Shown piece after piece: positions 33,750 to 42,089 of a stretch of DNA of 42,480 nucleotides. The notes beneath the pieces are model-generated. The model was not told the origin of the DNA, did no database searches, and worked only from the letters and a program-made list of their open reading frames with translations. Positions within the stretch are counted from its first letter, which is position 1. Every line of letters starts with the position of its first letter. Origin of the DNA: Omnitrophica bacterium GWA2_41_15 (GTDB taxonomy: Bacteria; Omnitrophota; Gorgyraeia; Gygaellales; UBA12090); contig CAKKRH010000005.1 in NCBI GenBank assembly GCA_919902675.1, positions 1 to 42,480 on the forward strand, read 5' to 3'. The position numbers were made by a program, and so were the translations under genes.

Positions 33750-36700
33750 TTAAGTTGCCGATGCTATCTTTTTATAAGCATCAAGTGTGGCGTCTTTAAC
33801 ATTTTGCGGAACGATCAGAAAAGTGGCTAAAATATGGGCAAACTCATCCTCGGATACCTCATATAGATGCGCTATTATCCCATCGAGTTCCGCTCTAATC
33901 TTGATGCGCTCTTCTGAATTGGTTACGCCGTCTTTATGACTTTTTAGTCCCGCTACTTTCCCTAACTCATTAAACTCGGGTTCAGTGCATACCAACTTAG
34001 CAACCAGCTTGGCGATTTTTATAAATGTTTTATCCTTATCGGTTAAGCGCGGGATAGGCAGTTGATAAATAAAAAACATATTGATATTCGTGGTTACTTT
34101 TTGCCTCAGAAACCAATCGATAACAAAAGAGTTAAATAACCCTGTGCAATAAAGCTGAGTTAATTCATCAAGGTTATCGCACATATTAAGGGAATTACCT
34201 GTAAAAGAGGGCGGGATAATCGTACACACCAAAGTACGTTCATTCGTATTGGAAGCTATTGATCGATAGGCAAGGCGGTATTTCTGATACCCCAGCAACT
34301 GTCCTTTGTCAGGCGTCCTACCCAAAAGAGCTGCTCTGCCCTTTTTCTCATTCACCCAGAAGCGCGGGACTGAAAGATTAGACTGAAACTGCCACATCAT
34401 TTTTCCTTCAAGCAACTGAATATTCCCGTTCCCTTGAGATGTCTTAAATAAACTACTGTCATTCGTCATATCAAACTCTCTGGTAACACGAAAACTCCAA
34501 CCATTCTGTATTTCGTCGCCCAATAAAGGGAATTGAAGCATTTTTTCAGCGATTTCTACATCTGCCGATTCCTTAAACTCCATTACAGAAAGCGAATCAG
34601 GAGAAAGACGCCGTACCAGATTTATATTAATTTTAACTGACCCTTCCTGGGGAAAACCATCAAGCTCCTCTACATCATGACGCATAAATGCCGCAGGGAA
34701 AGAATCGGTTTTTAGGCCTGTTTCAAAAGTCAATACAACAAACTTGAAGCTCCTGTGTACCCCTTCAAATATCTCCTTCCGATTTTCGAAACAAAATAAG
34801 CCAGTCAACTGTGTTTCCGCGAATAACATCTCCCGTAGTTGCTTTGACCCCAGATCGGTATAAATCCCGCTCGGAATAACGATTCCGCAGTAACCGCCCT
34901 TACGAAGCAGATTAAAGCACTGCTCAGTGAAAAGCTTATAGAGATTAATATCTGTTCCTACCTTCTTACCGTCTACAATGCTAATTTGATTTTTATACTG
35001 AGGGGCGGAACGAAAATAAGCACTAACATGCGGGTATTTGTTGAGATACTCAAACCATGCTTTTCTTATATCATGATCCTTCAAAAGTTTTTCCTGCTCT
35101 TCCTCAAAGTCCTTAATAGTCATTTTCTTCTTGCTTACTAAATCAGAATACTGCTCAAAAAACTCCTTGGCATTGGGCTTAAATATCTCCCACGGCGGAT
35201 TGGTAATTATCGCATCAAAACCACCACCTTGACCTATAATTTCATCAAACTCGAAACCCCAATGAAAAGGTTTTAACGCCTGTATGTCCTCTATACGCAG
35301 AGGACGCTTAATTGTTTTTCCTTCGCACTTTTCTTTTTCATCCCATGCTGCCTGCTCATATTTAATCTCTAAATGATGGAACTCATCGAGAATAATTGAA
35401 TTAAGCGTCTCAACCGCGGATTGTTTCTGCGCAGTAATCTGATCACGCAATGACCGTAAATCATCCGCATAATCTGTAGCATGACGGTATAGCTTAATCA
35501 ATCTATTCTTTTCTTGAAGTATACGGTTATATTTCTGTTGGCTACGTTCAGCAAGAAATGCAGCTTGAGCATCTTTCTTGCCTGGCGATTCTTTTACATC
35601 AAACAACAAACTCATCTGCCCAGAATCTTGGTCTTTCTTTTTTGTCTGTTGCTTTTTAGCAGGATCTGCCTGATTTCTCTCAAAAGCGGAAGCATCCACA
35701 CGAATCAAGCCAATTAGAGAATTACCTGCCTGAATGTTAAAATCGATATTGGGAAGCGGCTCAAGATCTTCTACAGAATTCGCCGCTGCTACCAAAGCCA
35801 AGAATAAGCGTAATTTGGCTATTTCCACGGCCTCATCCATAATATCAACACCAAAAAGGTTATCGGTGATAATCGCTTTCTTGATATAGTAACCCGAGCT
35901 GGGATGACTGTCTTCAATGTCTTTAAGCCACTTGGTGAGGTTTTTGTCTCCTAAGAACTTAATCTTGCCTATCAACGCAGAATAAACGCCAATAAGAGAC
36001 TTCATAGCCGCTACCAGGAAAGCGCCAGATCCACAGGCGGGATCCAAAATACTCACTTCAGGCAGGATATCAAATAGAAGCCGCTTACAGAGGTGAGTAT
36101 CTAAATTAAGTAAGAGATCTCCGATGGTTTCAAACTGTCGACTTGCCACCGCTCCTGGAATCCCTGGAGTGTTCACCCGATCAAGCACGAGATGCTGAAT
36201 AGTCTTTTCACATAGGTATTCAGTAATCTCGGGGCGGGTATAATAGGCGCCGAATGCCTTCTGATTGATGTATTTTTCAAATATGTAACCCAGAACATCT
36301 GGATTGATTTCATTATCCTCTCCACCTGGGGTATCATTAAGATTCCAAGAATATCGTTGGAATAGATTCAAAACATTCTCAAAAGCCTTATCAGGGATAT
36401 GGATTTTAGGATATTTAAGTTCAACGATGTGAGGCAAAAATAACCCGCCGTTTAGATACTTGATTTTACCAAGTAATTTGAGTGCCTGAGAGGATCTCTG
36501 GTTTTCTGGCTTGGCAAATCCTTCGAAGAATAAAAGTATGAGAAAATCGCTAAAAAATAGGTTTTTCCCTCTCACCTTGCTTTCTGCAAGCTTAGTCTGC
36601 AAATAATCCAGATTCCCGTTATCAAGGAAGCGCTTCTTCTGCAGAAAATAGATAAACATTAAGCGATTTAATAAAACCGAGGCATACCAATGACGCTCTC

Positions 36701-37277
36701 GATCATCATCAATACCTTCAATAAGCTCCAGAAATGCCAGATGTTGATCTTGAAACTCTCCATAGAATCTCTTAGTGACACGTTCAACATCAAGAGCGTT
36801 CTTTAGACGACGCGCCACTTCAACTACAGAGATATCTCCAGTCTTTTCAAAATCACTAATATCGAAAACGATTCCACTTAACTTGCTAATAAAAAGATCG
36901 CCTGGTTGGCCTTTGAAGTAAGAATGGTCTCTGGGGTACGACTTCCCATCCTCTCTTTTAACCCAATACCAGATGCTTTGTGTTTTATCTTTGTCGATAA
37001 AAATGAGGAGGTTTTCGTGGTAAGTTTTTGATAACTCTTTGTGGATGGCCTTGCGGGTTTTGGCGTCGGGAATCTTGCCTTCAGAAGTACTAATCTCTAA
37101 TGCGACCACTCCTGCTAACTCTGCGATCTGACGGAAGGAAAACTTTATATCAAATATCTCTTTATTTTCAGTTTTTTTACTACCTGGCTTTGACCAACCA
37201 AGCTCTTCAATGAAAAGCTTCTCAAAGTCGAACTTTTGCAGCAGGTCTTGGGTACGGGTGATGTTTAGTTTACTCAT
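33750..37277 (-). CDS. Eco57I/PglX-like gamma-class N6-adenine DNA methyltransferase (1175 aa)
   Basis: Motifs GAYYTRPE (aa 343-350), LDPACGSGAF (aa 411-420), GNSLIG and FDAIITNPPW (NPPW at aa 693-696). A charged insert lies at about aa 530-650. Large N- and C-terminal domains of unknown role. Confidence 0.9.
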   Translation of the reverse strand: MSKLNITRTQDLLQKFDFEKLFIEELGWSKPGSKKTENKEIFDIKFSFRQIAELAGVVALEISTSEGKIPDAKTRKAIHKELSKTYHENLLIFIDKDKTQSIWYWVKREDGKSYPRDHSYFKGQPGDLFISKLSGIVFDISDFEKTGDISVVEVARRLKNALDVERVTKRFYGEFQDQHLAFLELIEGIDDDRERHWYASVLLNRLMFIYFLQKKRFLDNGNLDYLQTKLAESKVRGKNLFFSDFLILLFFEGFAKPENQRSSQALKLLGKIKYLNGGLFLPHIVELKYPKIHIPDKAFENVLNLFQRYSWNLNDTPGGEDNEINPDVLGYIFEKYINQKAFGAYYTRPEITEYLCEKTIQHLVLDRVNTPGIPGAVASRQFETIGDLLLNLDTHLCKRLLFDILPEVSILDPACGSGAFLVAAMKSLIGVYSALIGKIKFLGDKNLTKWLKDIEDSHPSSGYYIKKAIITDNLFGVDIMDEAVEIAKLRLFLALVAAANSVEDLEPLPNIDFNIQAGNSLIGLIRVDASAFERNQADPAKKQQTKKKDQDSGQMSLLFDVKESPGKKDAQAAFLAERSQQKYNRILQEKNRLIKLYRHATDYADDLRSLRDQITAQKQSAVETLNSIILDEFHHLEIKYEQAAWDEKEKCEGKTIKRPLRIEDIQALKPFHWGFEFDEIIGQGGGFDAIITNPPWEIFKPNAKEFFEQYSDLVSKKKMTIKDFEEEQEKLLKDHDIRKAWFEYLNKYPHVSAYFRSAPQYKNQISIVDGKKVGTDINLYKLFTEQCFNLLRKGGYCGIVIPSGIYTDLGSKQLREMLFAETQLTGLFCFENRKEIFEGVHRSFKFVVLTFETGLKTDSFPAAFMRHDVEELDGFPQEGSVKININLVRRLSPDSLSVMEFKESADVEIAEKMLQFPLLGDEIQNGWSFRVTREFDMTNDSSLFKTSQGNGNIQLLEGKMMWQFQSNLSVPRFWVNEKKGRAALLGRTPDKGQLLGYQKYRLAYRSIASNTNERTLVCTIIPPSFTGNSLNMCDNLDELTQLYCTGLFNSFVIDWFLRQKVTTNINMFFIYQLPIPRLTDKDKTFIKIAKLVAKLVCTEPEFNELGKVAGLKSHKDGVTNSEERIKIRAELDGIIAHLYEVSEDEFAHILATFLIVPQNVKDATLDAYKKIASAT

Positions 37278-37287
37278 TCATCTATAA

Positions 37288-40200
37288 TCACTTTTTAGAT
37301 AGCCCCATGGAACAAATAATGTGCGGATCTGCTTCTTCATCTTCCTCGTGAATCTGGCAAAGTCGGCCTTCATCACGCAAAGCAATAACGAGTTGAGCTA
37401 ACGCCTCATCTGAAATACCACTACGTAGCTGACGGTTAAGAGTATCCGTCGCCGACTGCCTTAGCGGATATCGATAAATCTCATCGATTGATTTAATCAG
37501 TTCATCTGTTTCAAATAATGTTCCTCGTACTGTTTCGACATACCTTTTTAATCGCTCGTAAGTACGAAATCTGGCTCCTGAAGGCCGCCCCAGCTGACCG
37601 CCAGTTGACTTCTCCTCCTCCGCGATAATTCTTATTGCCTTTTCAACAAGCTCGTGATGTCTGTCTAAGCGCTGGACGGCTTCGGTATTAGCAGAACATT
37701 CTGCCATTTTTAATACCACAAGCTGAGATTCTGTGACACTTTCTCCACTTTGGTTAATCCAAGCAAGAGCATCGTTATCTTCAGGGGTGCGCATGTAAAC
37801 AAGCACGCCTTCTGGCTTCTTTTCAGAAGCTTCGAACTTCTTAGTACTATATACAACTGGGGGCAACTCAGGGATAATCTTCTGCAATTCGGGATCTTGC
37901 GTTGTTGCATTTTTCCAGATCTGATACGCGTATGATGCTAAATCGACTTCTGTATCATCTTCCTCATCGAGAATACCTGCTTTTTCATGATATAAATCCA
38001 ATACTCTCTGATCATCACGGTCATCTTCAAAAAATTGCTCATCTGTACCAACAACCTCTGCGTTCTCTTTAAGGCGCTGTCGAACGCGGCTTCTTAGACG
38101 CAAAATCCGCTCAACCCCGTCTGCTGGTAAGAAAGAATAGCAAAGGATGTTTTCTGAATGTTGCCCAATTCGGTCTACACGACCTACTCGCTGAATTAGC
38201 CGTATAATTGCCCAAGGCAAGTCGTAGTTTACTACAATAGCGCAGTCCTGGAGATTTTGCCCTTCGCTCAATACGTCAGTAGCAAGCAAGACCCGCAATT
38301 CATCCTTGGGATCGACTTCAGTCCTTTTTTCGTTACTTACAGGACTGAACCTCCAAGCCATCTCCGTCGGGTTTGAAGAATCACCTGTCACGCCGACCAT
38401 CCTCGTGATACATTGTACTTTTAATTGCTCTTCCAGATAATGCACTGTATCCGCGAACTGAGTAAAAACTAGAACTTTTTCTTTGCCGTGTTTCTTAGCA
38501 ATCAAAGATATTAGCTCTTTCAGTTTCGCATCCTGAGAAGGATTCCAATCAGGGCACCTCTGCAGCAATTTGAATAACTCGTTGGCATCTTTTTTCAAAT
38601 CATCAGCCAGATCTTTAATAAATAAATCTGGCCTAAGCCACTTAAATCGTTTCTTGTGCTTTGCAAAATGCTCCTCGTAGATAATCTTGGCGCGGGCTTT
38701 ATAATCGCTTTCAGTTTTAAGAGAACCTGAATTGGTATTCGAGCTGTTTTCCTCATTCTCCCCTTCCTCAAAGAGCTCTACCGCAGCTCCAATATCTTCA
38801 TCAGCGTCACTAAATCTTGAATCTAAAAACTCTGCCGCCTGGCTACCAATAGGAAGCGGCTGCCCTGTTTCAATTGCGTGTAAAAAGATATAGTTACGCA
38901 GGATATGTCTTTCAATGGATTGAATAAATACCTGACCGCTACTTTCTAGACGCTTAAAAATATTCGTCCTACAAAAGCCCATAAGCCGCTTACCAGCGCG
39001 CGATAAATCCTGCAGCACTTTAGCTTCTATCTGAGTCGGCGGAGTATGCGGAGATGGTTCGATAAAGTTACCGAGCCCGTAACGAGGTAAGCTCAAAGCA
39101 TTGATGATATTCACCACGCCTTGTTCATATAGCTTGGCATATTGATCATCGGGATTACGCTCATCAATGGGGATCGGTACTGTTTTAGGAATACGATTCG
39201 GGAAATATGAACGCCGGCCATCGGGAAAAGTTAGATACTTGCGTTTCGTTTTTTCATCGGTCTTGGCATAATTTGTCATTATAAAGCTTCTTGTTCGACG
39301 AACCAAATATAAACGCATTAAATCGCGCCAATCATCAGCATATATGCTTTTTTCGAACGCAGCCAGCGACCTAACCGCGCACTGGTGCTTTCTAATAAAC
39401 TCAGTTTCACCCATCTCTTTGATTAGTTGCTCTGGTCTAAGTCCCAAATCTTTATCTTCTGGTATAAAAAGACGGAGCTGACTCGAGAGATCAAGATACG
39501 TCTTGTTGTAGGGTGTCGCGGAAAGCAAAATAACTTTACTGTCGTTCGCTTGAATATAGTCCTGAATTACTTTGAACCGCTTGCCTTCACGGTTTCTCAG
39601 ATTATGACTTTCATCGATCAATACGAGTCGGTATCTTTTAAGCTCAGGGAGCTCACGAATCGCCTTGCTGATTGGAAGAACCTTAGCGTGCATTCGATAC
39701 TTATACTGATAATCCTCCCACATTTTTACTAAGTTCTTTGGACAAAGAATTAGCGTCTCGAGCCCGTGATCATCTTCAAAGATCCTGGCTACCGCTGTCG
39801 CCATTAATGTCTTGCCTAAACCTACGACATCACCTATAAGCACGCCACCTCGTTTATTAAGATGGTGCGCGGAAATTTTGACTGCTGCTGTTTGAAAATC
39901 AAAAAGTGTATTGCCGAACTCTCTTGGTATCCTAAACTCAGAAAGCCCGGCTCGTGCCTCCTGAGAAAGATGGTAGGCCATCTTAATATAGATATAATAC
40001 GGAGGTATTAAATCTTCACGCGCCCAGCTTTCACCGATTATATCGACCAATTCCTGAGAGATATCAAAAGACCATTTATCATTCCACCGATCCTTGAACC
40101 ACCCTGCCAACTTCTGACAAGCGTCATAGTCTAAAACGTCTATATTTAACTCTCCTTGCTGGGAGAGACCTGACAAGGTCAAGTTACTACTCCCCAAATA

Positions 40201-40668
40201 ACCAACTATGGGATTAATAGGATCTTTTCTGAAAAGAAGATAGAGTTTGGCGTGAAGAGGATGCCGCACAAACAGCTTTACCTGAACTTTTTTGGCTTTA
40301 ATTTGAGCGGACAACCGCCTTAATCCAGCCTCGTCTTCATTGGTAGGAACACCCAAAGTCAATTGGCGCCGGAACTCCTCCGCAAGCTGTTTTTTTAATT
40401 TATTGGCAGTAACAAGATCAATTTCGCCATTTTTCTTAATTAACCCAAGTGCCTCTCGTAATGATTCTTCAGGAAGACGCTGCATCCCTACTAATAAACG
40501 GCAACAATTTTCTTCTCCACCAGACCATTGGTCAACGTAATTATTGAGCTGTTTCCATCCTCTTAGATTAAAATATCCTACACAAAAATCCGCGCGCTCA
40601 GACAGGTGGAGAGTGTCTTGTAAAGCAAGAAGCAATTTCTGGTCAATGTTATCAAATATCCGGGGCAT
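37288..40668 (-). CDS. PLD-family nuclease domain fused to SNF2-family ATPase (1126 aa)
   Basis: Single HKD motif HAKLYLL...GSSNLT (H139, codon 40254-40252). SNF2/SF2 motifs GDVVGLGKT, LIDESHNLRN, LLSATP, LSEGQNLQD and QRVGRVDRIGQ. Confidence 0.9.
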   Translation of the reverse strand: MPRIFDNIDQKLLLALQDTLHLSERADFCVGYFNLRGWKQLNNYVDQWSGGEENCCRLLVGMQRLPEESLREALGLIKKNGEIDLVTANKLKKQLAEEFRRQLTLGVPTNEDEAGLRRLSAQIKAKKVQVKLFVRHPLHAKLYLLFRKDPINPIVGYLGSSNLTLSGLSQQGELNIDVLDYDACQKLAGWFKDRWNDKWSFDISQELVDIIGESWAREDLIPPYYIYIKMAYHLSQEARAGLSEFRIPREFGNTLFDFQTAAVKISAHHLNKRGGVLIGDVVGLGKTLMATAVARIFEDDHGLETLILCPKNLVKMWEDYQYKYRMHAKVLPISKAIRELPELKRYRLVLIDESHNLRNREGKRFKVIQDYIQANDSKVILLSATPYNKTYLDLSSQLRLFIPEDKDLGLRPEQLIKEMGETEFIRKHQCAVRSLAAFEKSIYADDWRDLMRLYLVRRTRSFIMTNYAKTDEKTKRKYLTFPDGRRSYFPNRIPKTVPIPIDERNPDDQYAKLYEQGVVNIINALSLPRYGLGNFIEPSPHTPPTQIEAKVLQDLSRAGKRLMGFCRTNIFKRLESSGQVFIQSIERHILRNYIFLHAIETGQPLPIGSQAAEFLDSRFSDADEDIGAAVELFEEGENEENSSNTNSGSLKTESDYKARAKIIYEEHFAKHKKRFKWLRPDLFIKDLADDLKKDANELFKLLQRCPDWNPSQDAKLKELISLIAKKHGKEKVLVFTQFADTVHYLEEQLKVQCITRMVGVTGDSSNPTEMAWRFSPVSNEKRTEVDPKDELRVLLATDVLSEGQNLQDCAIVVNYDLPWAIIRLIQRVGRVDRIGQHSENILCYSFLPADGVERILRLRSRVRQRLKENAEVVGTDEQFFEDDRDDQRVLDLYHEKAGILDEEDDTEVDLASYAYQIWKNATTQDPELQKIIPELPPVVYSTKKFEASEKKPEGVLVYMRTPEDNDALAWINQSGESVTESQLVVLKMAECSANTEAVQRLDRHHELVEKAIRIIAEEEKSTGGQLGRPSGARFRTYERLKRYVETVRGTLFETDELIKSIDEIYRYPLRQSATDTLNRQLRSGISDEALAQLVIALRDEGRLCQIHEEDEEADPHIICSMGLSKK

Positions 40669-40669
40669 A

Positions 40670-40873
40670 TTATTCCTCTAAAAAATAAGCTGGCTCTTTT
40701 TTAAGCGCCTTTGCTATTTTCACCAGCGTCTCAATCGAAGGCATTGAAAGACCGGTTTCGTATCGGGAAATGCTCTTTTGTTTTGCGCCTATTTTGTTCG
40801 CCAAGTCAGTTTGATTCAAATCAAGTTCTATCCTGGCTATTTTAATCTTTTTACCTAACTTTTTTGCGTCCAT
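40670..40873 (-). CDS. XRE-family helix-turn-helix regulator (C-protein-like)
   Basis: 67 aa with an HTH_3-type sequence (LNQTDLANKIGAKQKSISRYETG). The stop codon lies 1 nt before the ATG of the PLD-SNF2 gene. Confidence 0.85.
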   Translation of the reverse strand: MDAKKLGKKIKIARIELDLNQTDLANKIGAKQKSISRYETGLSMPSIETLVKIAKALKKEPAYFLEE

Positions 40874-40892
40874 TTGTCCTCCAAAATAACAC

Positions 40893-40920
40893 TTGACAAG
40901 CCCTAAAAATAGGGTATACT
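40893..40920 (+). promoter_or_regulatory. Plus-strand near-consensus promoter with palindromic spacer
   Basis: TTGACA (40893-40898), 16 nt, TATACT (40915-40920). The spacer contains the perfect palindrome CCCTAAAAATAGGG (40901-40914). Confidence 0.5.
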
Positions 40921-40936
40921 TTCCTTGTAAGTCTTA

Positions 40937-40978
40937 GGGCAATCACTGCGGATGCGGGGGTTGCCCAATTTGTTTTTT
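40937..40978 (+). terminator. Plus-strand terminator-like hairpin with U-tract
   Basis: GGGCAA-N18-TTGCCC followed by AATTTGTTTTTT. It overlaps the last codons of the DUF3800 gene on the other strand. Confidence 0.4.
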
Positions 40979-41728
40979 AGGCAATATAATCAGTCCGTAA
41001 CCACGATATTTCCCGCAGGAATGTTTACGAAATTTACTCTTAATCACGTCATAAGCGATATAAAAGTTCCTCTTATTTAAATATCTCCTGCCTATAGGCG
41101 TTATAACAGAGTCCACTAATTGCAAGCCGGGAATATTCTCATCTTTCTTTCTAATACGGAAGTCAGTTATACTTTCTGCTATATCAATGGGCCTAAGGAA
41201 CCTTGTGCCGCTGATTTTCAGGTCTAAAAAGGCTAAGCTTAGCTGATTATCCAGCTGCTGTCCCCTGCTCTCCGCAATAATAACGCCTTTCGCTTTCTTT
41301 TCTTTCAAGAACATAACAAATCTCTCCACAATTACTTCCAGGGAAAGAAGATACGGGTCAATGGCATTCTTGTAATGCTTAATATGCTCATTCTTATCTA
41401 TAATACAAGCGACTAAATCAAATTCAGCGTCTTTGATGATTTTATTTAGGCCGGCGTAAAACTCGCCTCTTAAATCCTTATCACGCAACTTTTCATAACC
41501 CTTGCCATCTCTGGTATACTCAGCCAAATGCAGGACAATTTCTTTATTCCCAAAGAAGTCTTCTTTAAATTTATTAAGAGTAGCCGTTAAAACTTTCTCT
41601 TCATACTGAAAATCAATAATACATCCAGCCAAAACAAAAATAGGATACTCAGGGTCAATCATGATTAGATCGTGATCGCCTGATTCATCCAGAAAAAGCA
41701 CCGAATTTCCCTTCTTGGAATCATTCAT
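40943..41728 (-). CDS. DUF3800-family protein
   Basis: 261 aa with an N-terminal FLDESGD and a C-terminal GLQLVDSV, both typical of DUF3800 (recalled from memory). Confidence 0.7.
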   Translation of the reverse strand: MNDSKKGNSVLFLDESGDHDLIMIDPEYPIFVLAGCIIDFQYEEKVLTATLNKFKEDFFGNKEIVLHLAEYTRDGKGYEKLRDKDLRGEFYAGLNKIIKDAEFDLVACIIDKNEHIKHYKNAIDPYLLSLEVIVERFVMFLKEKKAKGVIIAESRGQQLDNQLSLAFLDLKISGTRFLRPIDIAESITDFRIRKKDENIPGLQLVDSVITPIGRRYLNKRNFYIAYDVIKSKFRKHSCGKYRGYGLIILPKKQIGQPPHPQ

Positions 41729-41747
41729 AACAGACTAAAAATAATGC

Positions 41748-41775
41748 TTGACAAATATACCCTTTGAGGTATAAT
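41748..41775 (+). promoter_or_regulatory. Consensus sigma70 promoter reading toward the recombinase
   Basis: TTGACA (41748-41753), 16 nt, TATAAT (41770-41775). The palindrome TATACC-N6-GGTATA (41756-41773) overlaps the spacer and -10. Confidence 0.6.
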
Positions 41776-41852
41776 TTAGTCATTAAGGGAATATTAGATT
41801 TATACCGCTTGAGGCTAATATATACCTGTTCTACTATAAATGCAAGGAATTT

Positions 41853-42089
41853 ATGGATACGACTGAGATTGCTTCCCCGCCACAAATCTTGGCGGGTAGC
41901 AATGGCAAACAAGAGAAACTAAATTGGCAAGACTCTTTGCCTATCCAGCGCTTACTGGATGCAATCTCTTCTATTATAGCCCAGGAATACATTACGATAG
42001 CCAAACAGAATCCGACAGTATTTGCAGAGATTGCTTCACCCCCTTCGGGGGTTCGCAATGACTACCACGGAATGGAGGATAAAAAATGA
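41853..42089 (+). CDS. 78-aa ORF upstream of and overlapping the recombinase start (ATGA)
   Basis: 4-nt overlap with the recombinase ATG. Weak RBS. Contains two related hairpin repeats, so coding status is uncertain. Confidence 0.3.
   Translation: MDTTEIASPPQILAGSNGKQEKLNWQDSLPIQRLLDAISSIIAQEYITIAKQNPTVFAEIASPPSGVRNDYHGMEDKK

Noticed and set aside
32815-41728. Calling the locus canonical DISARM, BREX or a Type I/III R-M system.
   Set aside because: No DrmA/DrmB (DUF1998), PglZ, BrxC/BrxL, HsdS/HsdR or PD-ExK Res-type nuclease is present in the window. Only partial resemblance can be claimed.
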